DNA of 64,000 nt from the NCBI GenBank assembly GCA_028280785.1, contig JANQLF010000278.1, positions 2,671 to 66,670 on the forward strand, in the 5' to 3' direction. How positions within the stretch are numbered: position 1 is the first letter of the stretch; each line of letters opens with the position of its first letter. Shown here piece after piece: positions 45,872 to 55,911 of this stretch. This stretch comes from Planctomycetota bacterium. GTDB lineage: Bacteria; Planctomycetota; UBA11346. Below the pieces are notes generated by a model that saw only the letters and a program-made list of their open reading frames with translations, was not told where the DNA came from and made no database searches. The translations under genes were made by a program, and so were the position numbers.

Positions 45872-48800
45872 TTAGTAAATTTTCTTGAGCCACTCGTCAG
45901 CTTTTTGTTTGAGCTGCTCGGCACTTAATGCTTCCCCATCTTTACCAAAGTGCGATGACTCCAGTTCTTGAATGGACGAGGCAATGCTTTGACGATCGGC
46001 ATCACTGAGTGCTAATTGCTTATCGGCTTGTAGGGCACGTAATAAAGCGCAGATGCTAAATACCGAAATGTCTTTAGGCATGCTATAGGTGCGCGCTTCT
46101 TCAGTTTGTGCTTTCGGTTTCATGATGACATAGGCAAAGACACCTGCGAAAGCGACAACTATTAAAATGTACCAAATAGAATTATCGGTTTCTGCAGGTT
46201 TAACGTTAATAGCAAAGGTGGCGGTCGCCTCTTCGATGTCTGCATCGTTATAGCGTTTGGTCACTAATTCAGCGTCAGTGACGAGCTTGGGAAAGCTAAA
46301 CGAGGTCACTTCTTTTTCAGGGCTATAATGAATGCGCCACATACGTTTGCTAATTGGTGAGCTGCCTTCGTCATCAATTTCTAAACGTTCGATCATTGGT
46401 TCTTCACTCAGACGATCAGTTTCTTTCCATGGACCGCTTAAGTCACCAACGATCTTATCAAGTTCAGGTAAGACACCTTTACCAGTGGCGTGTATTTCTA
46501 GAAGAATTTCACCTTCATCGATTTTACGATTATCCATGATCATTTCGACTTTGAGTTCACGCAGCGGACGCTCAGCAGCCTTGTGGGCGTCAATTAATTG
46601 TTCGCCTGAATCAACAGGTAAAATAACCGTTCCGTGACCATCTAAGAAATCCATGTCTAAGTGGAGGGCTGGTATGCGATCAACACTGGCGTCTTTGGCT
46701 TTTAATACCGCGTAAGCAAAGGGTGTTTCTTGCCAGCGATCGCGACCAAAACCTATGCTTTTCACGGTTGGCTCATGGAAGCTGATTTCAGTAATGTCAA
46801 AGCGTTCACTTAAAGTATCGCGAATATGTTTTTCAAAGTCATCGCGGTAATCGACCGGTGCTTTGTTATAGGAAATATACACTTGGTTGCTCAAGAATTT
46901 AGCAAAGCCGCCAGCTTCACGGGCAATCGCATCGGTATGGCGTAAAGAAATGTGCAAGCCAAATGGCGTTTCTCCTACATCAGTAGCACCGTCAACGGCC
47001 ACATGCAGCGTAATTTCTGATAAGAGATCGTCATAAAATGCCAGTAATTCACGAGCAATGTCTCCGCCTTTATGATCACCAAGCACGATAAGTGATGATT
47101 CTAAGTAACGTGGTTTTAATTCACCGGGAACTTGTTGCAGATTGCCGGTGATGGCTTTGCCAAAGGCTTCGAGATGCCATTCACGTTGTTTGTCGTCGAG
47201 CGATAAAAGATTATCGCGTAATTCCTTGAGGCGCTCTTCTTCAGGATCTTGCTGGCGAGTTAAGACCGATAGGTCACTGGCACCGAGCAGCGAATTAAAC
47301 CAAGACACATAGGGTTGGGCAGTGCGTGTTTCCATGTTCATGTGCTTCAAATAAACATCAGTAGCTTGTTTAAACAAGTTGAGCGATTTATCACGTTGAG
47401 CCGTGTAGACCTTGAGGTTTTCTTCTTGGCCGTAGAGGAATTCGGCGTGATCAAAAATCAATTGCGCCTGCATGATTTGTGCTTGCCAATATTGCTGATC
47501 GCGTTTTTGCACTTCATCAATGATTTCACCAGCTAATTGGTAGCCGCGTTTAACCTCGGCAATTAATTGTTTGTTGGTACGCTTGGTCTTTTCTTTTTGT
47601 TGAACTTTGGGTTGGCGCCAACGCTGTCCAAGGTTTTGACGCATTTTACCAACCAATTGCAGCATAGTCATTTTATCGAGCGATTCGAATGAGCCGAAAA
47701 CAGTCTCGAGGTCTTTGCGGAAATAAACCTCTGCTTGAGAATGACAGGCGTCAAAAGCAGCGAGTATCGCATTCGACTCAATTTTAGGTAAGTGAATCGC
47801 ATAAAGTTGTTTTAATAAATCAGCGAGCTCTTTGAGATATTTATTTTGCTTAGCCCGAGTGAGGGGGATGCCCTGTGGTTGTTGGCGACCGTAGTAGCTG
47901 CGGCTATAGAAGGCGCCGCCATACATATTGTAAGAATCATAGCGGTTATAATTATTACCACGCTCGGGACGATGTTGGGTTGCCCAGACGTTTAAAACAT
48001 TGGCAGCTAAAGATTGGGCTTCATCAACATCAGTTTTTGCCAGTTCGCGAATAATATCCATGGCACCGCTGATATCACCAGCCTTGCACATCAATGCACC
48101 GTTAAGCGAATGAATGCTCTGGGCTAAGCCCTTATCCAACTGTGGATACCATAATTTATTTGGGCCAAATTTTAATAAGATCGCAGCATCGACTGGTTTT
48201 TTATTATTACGGCGATTGCGGTTGTAGTAGTAGTTATCGTTTTGATTTTGGTTTTGTTGTTGATTGAGTGCAAAGTCAGCTTCTTTAATCCATGACATGG
48301 CAATTAAGTTAATAGGCACTGACCACTCCTCGACCTTAACGGAGAAGTTTTTCAATAAGCTATTGACGATACGATGCTGCAGTTCCATGGCTTTGACGCG
48401 TGGTTCCATCTCTTTGCCTTGAAAGCTATATTTTAATTGCTCACTGAGCATAGCTAACATGCGCATGCCTTGGTCCGGACGACTGGCAAAGCTTTCATGC
48501 AACCATTGTTGGCCTTCATCCTCGGTGACTAAAAGTAATAAATCGAGCGAGCGTTGCACGGCACTGCGCACTGTTTCTAAATCAGTGTCTTTATGAGCCA
48601 AGACTTCCAAAGTCAGCATCCAACCTTTTTTAAGAGCATCTTTATTATTGTCTTGACCAATAGCACTTAAATAACGCGCATGCACATCAAGAATCTTAGG
48701 ATCACCACTGGCTTTCGCTTCTTCGAGTGGTGGTAAAAACGCACCGGCTTCTTTAATAAAATCGCCAGCCAATAATAAAGAAACAGCACGGGCACGCTTC

Positions 48801-49477
48801 GCCTGGTCTTCGCCACCAAAGTGTTCGGTGCCCTTTTGCAAAATAGCCATCAAGCTACCACTGTTACCAGTTTTATTGATCGCCTTGCGTACTAATCCAG
48901 ATAGGCGACCTAAAATCTCATTATCATATTCGAGAGGCCAGGCTTCAGCGACGCCGAGTACATCTTGTGGTAAGATAATTGATTGTTCACGCTGTAAGCC
49001 GCCAAGCATGCGATTAAAGATGCGTTTTTGTTCGCCTTCGTTGAGTGGTTTTAATTGATCCTTAACCAGGCTCCATTCGCCGCGCATCACCGCCGCGTTA
49101 AATGCATCGGCTTGTTTTTTGCCGATACGCTGGATGCGCTGATTGTCGTTTTCCTTTTCAGGAATTTTTTCCTCAGGCTGCTTGCCCATTTTATCGGCGA
49201 GACTATTGACCACCAAATCAGATGAGCGTTCGAAACGGAAGCGCGAAGCAGCATTGACAAAAGCACTGCGAATTTTTTGCTCTTCCTGCTTTTTCTTTTC
49301 CTCTTCGCTGACCTTTGGTTTGTCAGCGTTGTCATCACTGCTGGTGTCTTCGGTTACTTCGACTGCACCATCACCAAAGGTTTCCATTTCTTCAACAGGC
49401 ACATCAAAAATAATTTCTGATGCATCAGTGTACTGCCAAAAGCAAGTTAATAAAACTATAAAGAAATACTTTTTCAT
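45872..49477 (-). CDS. Very large (1201 aa) terminal protein of the Bat-like operon (BatD position)
   Basis: It has a signal peptide and a long helical-looking region with an N/Q/Y-rich low-complexity patch (QQQNQNQNDNYYYNRNRRNNKK). A single TM near the C-terminus (IWYILIVVAFAGVFAYVIM) is followed by a cytoplasmic tail. Assignment to BatD rests on position only. Confidence 0.6.
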   Translation of the reverse strand: MKKYFFIVLLTCFWQYTDASEIIFDVPVEEMETFGDGAVEVTEDTSSDDNADKPKVSEEEKKKQEEQKIRSAFVNAASRFRFERSSDLVVNSLADKMGKQPEEKIPEKENDNQRIQRIGKKQADAFNAAVMRGEWSLVKDQLKPLNEGEQKRIFNRMLGGLQREQSIILPQDVLGVAEAWPLEYDNEILGRLSGLVRKAINKTGNSGSLMAILQKGTEHFGGEDQAKRARAVSLLLAGDFIKEAGAFLPPLEEAKASGDPKILDVHARYLSAIGQDNNKDALKKGWMLTLEVLAHKDTDLETVRSAVQRSLDLLLLVTEDEGQQWLHESFASRPDQGMRMLAMLSEQLKYSFQGKEMEPRVKAMELQHRIVNSLLKNFSVKVEEWSVPINLIAMSWIKEADFALNQQQNQNQNDNYYYNRNRRNNKKPVDAAILLKFGPNKLWYPQLDKGLAQSIHSLNGALMCKAGDISGAMDIIRELAKTDVDEAQSLAANVLNVWATQHRPERGNNYNRYDSYNMYGGAFYSRSYYGRQQPQGIPLTRAKQNKYLKELADLLKQLYAIHLPKIESNAILAAFDACHSQAEVYFRKDLETVFGSFESLDKMTMLQLVGKMRQNLGQRWRQPKVQQKEKTKRTNKQLIAEVKRGYQLAGEIIDEVQKRDQQYWQAQIMQAQLIFDHAEFLYGQEENLKVYTAQRDKSLNLFKQATDVYLKHMNMETRTAQPYVSWFNSLLGASDLSVLTRQQDPEEERLKELRDNLLSLDDKQREWHLEAFGKAITGNLQQVPGELKPRYLESSLIVLGDHKGGDIARELLAFYDDLLSEITLHVAVDGATDVGETPFGLHISLRHTDAIAREAGGFAKFLSNQVYISYNKAPVDYRDDFEKHIRDTLSERFDITEISFHEPTVKSIGFGRDRWQETPFAYAVLKAKDASVDRIPALHLDMDFLDGHGTVILPVDSGEQLIDAHKAAERPLRELKVEMIMDNRKIDEGEILLEIHATGKGVLPELDKIVGDLSGPWKETDRLSEEPMIERLEIDDEGSSPISKRMWRIHYSPEKEVTSFSFPKLVTDAELVTKRYNDADIEEATATFAINVKPAETDNSIWYILIVVAFAGVFAYVIMKPKAQTEEARTYSMPKDISVFSICALLRALQADKQLALSDADRQSIASSIQELESSHFGKDGEALSAEQLKQKADEWLKKIY

Positions 49478-49488
49478 CTGTTTAATCC

Positions 49489-50232
49489 TTATGATCCAGA
49501 TCCGCTGCTCACCATTTGTGCAGCTTCACCTTGATTTTGTTTCTTCACTTTGTCACGAGCATCGTCTTTGCCTTCTTTTTTGCCTTTACCTTCGCCTTTG
49601 CCCTTACCTTTGCTTTTGCGCTGTTCACGTTTGCGTTGCGATAAGTTTTCGCAGTTACATGGGCAGTCCTTTGGTAGGGCTAAGCCTTTTAAATCCGCAA
49701 GGCCAATTTCTTGGAGTTTAATCGCAGCTTCTAGGTTCTCTTGATCTTCTTTTTTCTCACTGCGCTCGGCAATGTGGCGGAATTGTTGGCGCGATTGTAA
49801 GATTTCTGGCATCCATTCTTCTTTGGACGCACCTTCTAAGCGCATTAACCAGGCACTGTGATAATAGGCTTTACCAACATCCTTGCGCACTTCATTTAAT
49901 TGTGCTTCACTAGCGCCTTCAGTCTTCATATCAGTGAGCAGGGCTTCGAGTTCATTGGTGCCTTCGAGCAATTTACCACTTTGAATATGTGCGTCAGCTT
50001 GAAGGCGACGAATATCCCAGCGATCCTTATCGGCATCTTTTGGTAATGCAGCCAGTGCTTCGCCATATTTTTCAAAGGCAGCTTGCCAGTTTTTCTCTGC
50101 AGCAGCAGCTTCGGCGTCAGCAATGGCGATATACGTCGCATCGCGGGTACTGTAGTCTTGGCCTGGGCCATAATGCCAAGCAATAAATAAAATGGGTAGG
50201 CAAAGCCAAATGATAATGAGTCCGCTACGCAT
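49489..50232 (-). CDS. TPR-like membrane-anchored protein (BatC position) with a Lys/Gly-rich tail
   Basis: It has an N-terminal TM helix, helical repeats, a CPCNC motif, and then KREQRKSKGKGKGEGKGKKEGK. Confidence 0.6.
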   Translation of the reverse strand: MRSGLIIIWLCLPILFIAWHYGPGQDYSTRDATYIAIADAEAAAAEKNWQAAFEKYGEALAALPKDADKDRWDIRRLQADAHIQSGKLLEGTNELEALLTDMKTEGASEAQLNEVRKDVGKAYYHSAWLMRLEGASKEEWMPEILQSRQQFRHIAERSEKKEDQENLEAAIKLQEIGLADLKGLALPKDCPCNCENLSQRKREQRKSKGKGKGEGKGKKEGKDDARDKVKKQNQGEAAQMVSSGSGS

Positions 50233-51181
50233 GTTTGTGCTCCAAGTGGTAAGCTTTGCTTCCTGCGATGTGTAAAAGCAGTGGTAAGGCTGCTAACATA
50301 CAGGTTGCAAAAATCAGGACATATCGGGCCACGCGATAAATATCCCAGGTTTGTTTTTCATCAGGTAAAACGATGGTGGCAAGGTTTTGTAAATGCATGG
50401 AAGGAATGTGTTTTTCATTGCCGTCGTGATAAATGCCGCGTAAACGACGGGCTAATTGACGCAGGGTGCTGGCGTCTTGGCGGCTTTGATGGCCATCAAT
50501 AAAACGACCATTACGCGGAGAGCCGACACCAACGACTAAAACGTCACGACAGGAATCGGGCATAGAAGCAAGTCCCTGTTCAGGAACGCTATCACCGTCA
50601 CTAAATATAATAACATCAGTACTGTCATCGGGCCAATTGTGCATTTGTTTAGCTGCGACTTTAACTGCTTCAGCAATATTTGTCTTACCGGCTTCAAAGG
50701 CGTGATCGAGGGGCAGGTCGTCAACAATATTACGAATCACCTCGATATCTTTGGCGTCAATAACCACTGGCTTGGCGCCGTTATAAAAGGCGATGACTGT
50801 GGTTAATAAATTCGACATGTCACTGCGTTCCATCAACGACAAGGTTAAATCACGAGTGCGTTCAGCACGGCTTAATGTGTGGTCAGGACCAGCATCGATT
50901 AAATGCATACTCGGCGAGACATCTAATAAAATTAATAAGCGACGTTGACTTTCTGATTTTGAAGAACCTGTTTGCATCAGGCCATGTGGTTCTAGTAAAA
51001 TACAAATGGCCCACGCAACTAAAGTAATGCAAACAAGTCTGATAAATGGTAGGCCATAGGTCCATGGCATCTGCGCTCGACTCGCACGATGCAAATGGGC
51101 AACGCGACGACAACGCCGCCAATGCAAACATTCAGCAAGTGCAACGACAACTATAACCGCGATGGTGATGGGTATTACCAT
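50225..51181 (-). CDS. vWA-domain membrane protein (BatB-like)
   Basis: It has two N-terminal TM helices and the MIDAS motif LLILLDVSPSM. ATG 51181 was chosen. Confidence 0.78.
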   Translation of the reverse strand: MVIPITIAVIVVVALAECLHWRRCRRVAHLHRASRAQMPWTYGLPFIRLVCITLVAWAICILLEPHGLMQTGSSKSESQRRLLILLDVSPSMHLIDAGPDHTLSRAERTRDLTLSLMERSDMSNLLTTVIAFYNGAKPVVIDAKDIEVIRNIVDDLPLDHAFEAGKTNIAEAVKVAAKQMHNWPDDSTDVIIFSDGDSVPEQGLASMPDSCRDVLVVGVGSPRNGRFIDGHQSRQDASTLRQLARRLRGIYHDGNEKHIPSMHLQNLATIVLPDEKQTWDIYRVARYVLIFATCMLAALPLLLHIAGSKAYHLEHKHA

Positions 51182-52089
51182 GGTGTGAACCTCAAACCAA
51201 AGGCACACAAACACATGGATAATAAAATACCAGCAGCAATTAATAAAAACGGTTTTTCATAAGGAACTTGTCGAGGTGCACTTGGTTCCATGCGCACCGG
51301 TTTCATTTGATCAATATGTGAAAAAACCCGATCAAGGATAATAGGATCGTTGGCGGCAAAAACCTGACCGCCCGTAATATTGGCAATGCTATACAGGCCA
51401 TCAGCAGGTTGACCGTTACCAACATGCACAGCAAAAACCACGATGTTATGCTCACGCAATTCCATGCCGATGCTTTGACCCGCTTCGCCACGAATATCAC
51501 CACTTTGACCATCAGAGATTAAAACAATCATGCGATCACCCTCGGGGCGTTCGGTTAATATTTTATTACAGGCGCGCAGGGCCTTACCTATTTGCGTACC
51601 ACCAAATCCACGCGGTAATAATTCAGGGCGTAAAAATGGTGTGGATAAACGCAGTGCGGTTAAGTCCTTGGTTAGTGGTACCCAATGCAGGACTTCATTA
51701 CCAAAAATAGTTAAACCAAAAGCATCGCCTTCGCGAACCTGGGTGAAATCATCAATAGCCTTCATGGCCGCGTCGTATTGACTGCCATCACCAAAGCGCG
51801 CTGTCATCGAACCAGAGACATCCAAACAAAATTGAATGTTGGTTAAAACACGTTTATCTTCGGGTAAGCCATTTTGCTGTGGTCCAGCAATCATCAATAA
51901 AATAACGGCGAGTAATAAAATAGGTAACGACTCGGCAGTAAATAAGAGATAACGCCAGAAAGAAGACGGTTTGTTTTTTAAGTGGTCAACCGGTACCGGT
52001 GTCCACCGCGCTTTGCCCATCCAGGTCCACACTAACAAGAGCAGCGGAATTAATAAGAGCAGTAAGAGTGCCGGTTCAGCGAAGGTCAT
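51175..52089 (-). CDS. vWA-domain membrane protein (BatA-like)
   Basis: It has N-terminal TM helices, the MIDAS motif FCLDVSGSM, VLISDGQSGD, and a C-terminal TM helix. Confidence 0.8.
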   Translation of the reverse strand: MTFAEPALLLLLLIPLLLLVWTWMGKARWTPVPVDHLKNKPSSFWRYLLFTAESLPILLLAVILLMIAGPQQNGLPEDKRVLTNIQFCLDVSGSMTARFGDGSQYDAAMKAIDDFTQVREGDAFGLTIFGNEVLHWVPLTKDLTALRLSTPFLRPELLPRGFGGTQIGKALRACNKILTERPEGDRMIVLISDGQSGDIRGEAGQSIGMELREHNIVVFAVHVGNGQPADGLYSIANITGGQVFAANDPIILDRVFSHIDQMKPVRMEPSAPRQVPYEKPFLLIAAGILLSMCLCAFGLRFTPW

Positions 52090-52868
52090 GATTCAAGCTC
52101 CGCTAAACTAATGTTGGTGTAGGGTGCCAGTGCAGCATCATAATTACTGCTGCGCTCGCGCTGATGAAATAATTTATCAAGCTCAAGTAATGCTGGGCCG
52201 GCTTTAGCATCAGCGCGCATTAATGGAATAGCTTCTTGAACTGACTTTTCACTAATTTGTAAATGGCGCTGCCAGTAGATATAAATAAGGCGTTCAACAC
52301 GCGCTTGATCTTCTTCGCTGATACTGTTGCTTTGTGATTTACTCAAGAGCTGACGTAAATGATCAGCAAGACTTAATTGTGGCTCAACAACCACTTCTTC
52401 GACTTCCTCGCGCTTTGGACGAGTCACAATAATTAATACGATTAATCCGACAAACCAAGCGATGCCTAATACAATTAACCATTGTTGATAAAGTAAAAAC
52501 GGTTGTTTGATTTCGGCCATCTGCCCGTGAATCGCACCGTCATGATCAGGCGGTAATATACCAAAGGCGTTGACCACGGTAATACTGTCATCGATAGCAA
52601 GTTTGCTGCCATCAGTGTATTGGAGGTAATCACTCAACTGGTGTTCGCCAATGCGATTGGAGACCCAAGCAATTTCAACGTTTTGTTTGCCATCATCCAA
52701 AGTTGTACTCTGAATAATGCGCAAGTTTAATCCCGGATGTTCTTCGCTATAAATAATTTGTATGGGTTTATGCTCGCAGGTGATCGTAATGCGACCTTCG
52801 GTGCCAAGTGGCACGGCTTCGCTAGCATGGGCTATTATACAAATGAGTAAGCAGAGCAGGACGCGCAT
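52086..52868 (-). CDS. Hypothetical single-pass membrane protein within the Bat-like operon
   Basis: It has a signal peptide and a central TM helix (WLIVLGIAWFVGLIVLIIV). It overlaps both neighbouring genes. Confidence 0.55.
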   Translation of the reverse strand: MRVLLCLLICIIAHASEAVPLGTEGRITITCEHKPIQIIYSEEHPGLNLRIIQSTTLDDGKQNVEIAWVSNRIGEHQLSDYLQYTDGSKLAIDDSITVVNAFGILPPDHDGAIHGQMAEIKQPFLLYQQWLIVLGIAWFVGLIVLIIVTRPKREEVEEVVVEPQLSLADHLRQLLSKSQSNSISEEDQARVERLIYIYWQRHLQISEKSVQEAIPLMRADAKAGPALLELDKLFHQRERSSNYDAALAPYTNISLAELES

Positions 52869-53722
52869 TAACGACCTCGCTGATTACGACGGCGCAAAAA
52901 TTCGCGCAAGTGAGCAACATAAGGTGTATCGAGATCAATACGGCAATAATCGACACCGCGCTGATTACAGGTGTCTTGAAAAATATCAGGGTCAGCAAAG
53001 GCGTGTCCGCCGTGGGCGACAAACTGCTTATTATGTTCTGCTTCTTGTAAGCGCATAAATCCAGCGCCCATCTGACCACGTTCAACTGGGTCGTGAATAT
53101 GTAACGCAAAACAGTCATGCTCTTGGGCAATAATAGGCAGGCTTTCTAATAAGTCAGGATCGTGACCGTCGGTTAAAATACCGATGACGCTACGCTCTTG
53201 TAATTGCGGGCCAATTTCACGTAGCGCTGCTGATAAAGCGGTGCCTTCATTAAAATCAACCTGGCGTAATTGTTGCATCCATAACCACGCCTGTGAACGA
53301 CCAAGTCCAGGACGATAATGCAGTTTGCGCGTACCGCCGGCCATAAAACCAACCGGGTTCATGCGCGATAAAGCCGACAGCGCTAAGCCACCAGCAATTT
53401 GTAAAGCCACTTGGTATTTACTAATGGGACCAGATCGCACCGCCATTGATGCTGACGTATCTAAAACAATATAAATAGGCATGCGTTTTAATGATTCGTA
53501 TTCTTTTATATAATAACGTTGGGCACGCGCGCTGACTTTCCAATCGATGCTTTTAATCGGATCACCAGGCTGATACGGACGCGATTGCATATAATCAATA
53601 CCAGTACCAACAAATGGTGACGACTCGTTACCAAATTCTAACGAATCTGCTAAGCGTCGGATCGCCAACTCAAATTGACGTTCGTCTAAGTGATCGCAAT
53701 TTTCAAGCAGGAGGGTCGACAT
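52868..53722 (-). CDS. DUF58-family protein (vWA-like, MoxR partner)
   Basis: The hallmark motif is YQPGDPIKSIDWKVSARAQRYYIKEYE, followed by IVLDTSASM. It sits immediately after the MoxR ATPase gene. Confidence 0.85.
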   Translation of the reverse strand: MSTLLLENCDHLDERQFELAIRRLADSLEFGNESSPFVGTGIDYMQSRPYQPGDPIKSIDWKVSARAQRYYIKEYESLKRMPIYIVLDTSASMAVRSGPISKYQVALQIAGGLALSALSRMNPVGFMAGGTRKLHYRPGLGRSQAWLWMQQLRQVDFNEGTALSAALREIGPQLQERSVIGILTDGHDPDLLESLPIIAQEHDCFALHIHDPVERGQMGAGFMRLQEAEHNKQFVAHGGHAFADPDIFQDTCNQRGVDYCRIDLDTPYVAHLREFLRRRNQRGR

Positions 53723-54709
53723 TTAAACTAATTCATCCACCAATTCTTGGAGTACTTGTTTACCGTTACGGCCTTTTGCTAAAGCTTCGTAAGTTAAACG
53801 AATACGGTGGAGCATCACGTCTTCGGCTAATGCGTATAAATCTTCAGGTAACACATGGTCACGACCATGAATACAAGCGCGGGCACGAGCTGCTTGAACC
53901 AGTGCCATACCGGCACGTGGACTACAACCTAAATCTAATTCTTCGCAGTCGCGGGTACGTTGGACTAAGTGCACACAGTGTTCAACAAAAACATCGCTGA
54001 CGTGTACATCTTGCACGGCGAGCATGGCTTTCATTAAACCGTCTTTATCAACACCGGTGTCCTCGGTAATTAAATCGAAATTGGTTTTCGGAATGGCACC
54101 GCCGTCTTTTTCTTTCAGACCTAAATCTAAACTGCGTTTTAACACTTCCGTTTCAACGGCGTGTTCCGGATAATCTAAACGGTGACACATCATGAAGCGG
54201 TCGAGTTGCGCTTCAGGTAATTCAAAGGTGCCGGCCTGCTCAACAGGGTTACGCGTCGCAATAACCACGAACGGTGTTGGAAGCGCGAAGTGCGCATTAC
54301 CGATAGTCACCTGACGTTCTTGCATCGCTTCGAGCAACGCACTTTGCACTTTCGGTGCAGCGCGGTTAATTTCGTCTGCTAATAAAAGGTTGGTGAAAAC
54401 CGGACCTTTATGGGTGCGGAATTCATGGGTCTTTTGATCAAGAATTTCCGAACCGACAATATCGGAAGGCAATAAGTCGATGGTAAATTGAACGCGGCTG
54501 AATTCCAAATCGATGGCCTTGGCAACCGAGTTGACCAAGAGGGTCTTCGCCAGACCTGGCATCCCTTCCAAGATCAAATGCCCGCCAGTGAGCAGGGCGA
54601 TGAGGATGCGCTCGACCACTTCATCTTGGCCGACCACGACCTTGGAAACGCGTTCACGAATTGGATCAACAAAGGTTTCGCTGATCTGACTGGTACTTGT
54701 ACTTATCAT
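53723..54709 (-). CDS. MoxR-family AAA+ ATPase
   Basis: It has the Walker A motif GHLILEGMPGLAKT and the Walker B/AAA_3 region LLADEINRAAPKVQSALLEAMQERQVT. The C-terminal lid contains SPRAG. Confidence 0.93.
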   Translation of the reverse strand: MISTSTSQISETFVDPIRERVSKVVVGQDEVVERILIALLTGGHLILEGMPGLAKTLLVNSVAKAIDLEFSRVQFTIDLLPSDIVGSEILDQKTHEFRTHKGPVFTNLLLADEINRAAPKVQSALLEAMQERQVTIGNAHFALPTPFVVIATRNPVEQAGTFELPEAQLDRFMMCHRLDYPEHAVETEVLKRSLDLGLKEKDGGAIPKTNFDLITEDTGVDKDGLMKAMLAVQDVHVSDVFVEHCVHLVQRTRDCEELDLGCSPRAGMALVQAARARACIHGRDHVLPEDLYALAEDVMLHRIRLTYEALAKGRNGKQVLQELVDELV

Positions 54710-55034
54710 ATGTTACCCCAAAAGCTTAACGCCGAAGACTAGTAAGAGTTCAAGCCAAGCCAGCAATGACTTAGACTTAGTGAACAGGTGCCTGACTGAG
54801 TGACGTAAGTGCTTGCAGCATACTTACGTAAAACAAGCAAACACAGCAAAGCCATCTATTCTTTGACAGATGCCGACAACTACTTTCACGTCACATTCGT
54901 TTCGCGCCATGGCGATCTCGCTTTGCTCGATTTTATCGCCATTTTGCTCACTCTATGTTCCTGAACTTTTGCTTAACAAAAGATTCCGCTCAGGGCTGCC
55001 GTATTTCAGATGCTAAAAAATTAACCTGATTTTT

Positions 55035-55790
55035 CTATACAATAATGAGCTTTAAGGCTCGTTTGGCTAACATCATTTTTGTTTGTTCATCGATGCCGCT
55101 ATCGGTGATTATGCAGTCGATGTCTTCATAACTACACAATCTCAGGTTACCCTCGCGACCAAATTTACTCGAGTCAGCGAGGATGATGCGTTGCTTGCCG
55201 TGACGTAGCATTTGTTGTTCAGCTTGAATCACTTGGGTATCGACGTTGGTCACGCCCACTTCATCCAGTCCTTGAACGCCTAAAAATACTTTGCTGCAGG
55301 AATAATGCGCAAAGTAATCTTCGCCAAAGGGATTAAATATAGCGTGATGATGGCGGGCAATTTCACCGGGGCTTAAGACCACGGTATTATCAGAGTGATG
55401 GTAGAGTTGCTCAGCGATCGGAAAAGAATTAGTTAAAATGGTTAATTGGCGTTGCTTTAAAAAGCCGCACATTTGAAAGGTAGTTGAACCGCTATCGATG
55501 ATTATGGTTTCACCGTCCTCGATCATGTCGGCAGCCGCTTTGGCAATACGCATTTTGGCATCGAGTTGATCGGCTTCACCATAGGGACCGACGCTTGGTA
55601 GATCAGCGCTGGCAATTAATTCGGCGCCTCCATGGACGCGTTGAATCAGACCCTGTTTATCAAGCTTAGCCAAATCGCGACGTAACGTTGCCTCGGATGC
55701 ACCGGTGGCCTGGCACAGCTCGATGGTGCTAGCAAAGCGCCGCTGGTGTAGCTGGTCGATTATCTGTTGATGGCGTTCGCGCTCGATCAT
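55035..55790 (-). CDS. DeoR-family transcriptional regulator
   Basis: It has an N-terminal HTH (ERHQQIIDQL...STIELCQATGASEATLRRDLAKLDKQGLIQRVHGGA) and a DeoR C-terminal sugar-phosphate sensor domain. ATG 55790 was chosen. Confidence 0.85.
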   Translation of the reverse strand: MIERERHQQIIDQLHQRRFASTIELCQATGASEATLRRDLAKLDKQGLIQRVHGGAELIASADLPSVGPYGEADQLDAKMRIAKAAADMIEDGETIIIDSGSTTFQMCGFLKQRQLTILTNSFPIAEQLYHHSDNTVVLSPGEIARHHHAIFNPFGEDYFAHYSCSKVFLGVQGLDEVGVTNVDTQVIQAEQQMLRHGKQRIILADSSKFGREGNLRLCSYEDIDCIITDSGIDEQTKMMLAKRALKLIIV

Positions 55791-55911
55791 GGGCGCAATA
55801 TGCCAGAAAACGATCAAAGTCAATCATAAATAAGATATAGACATTCAAATACGATCATATAGAACCTCAATTCACTCAATTAATGATCGTTTTTGAACGA
55901 AGGTGCTAGTT

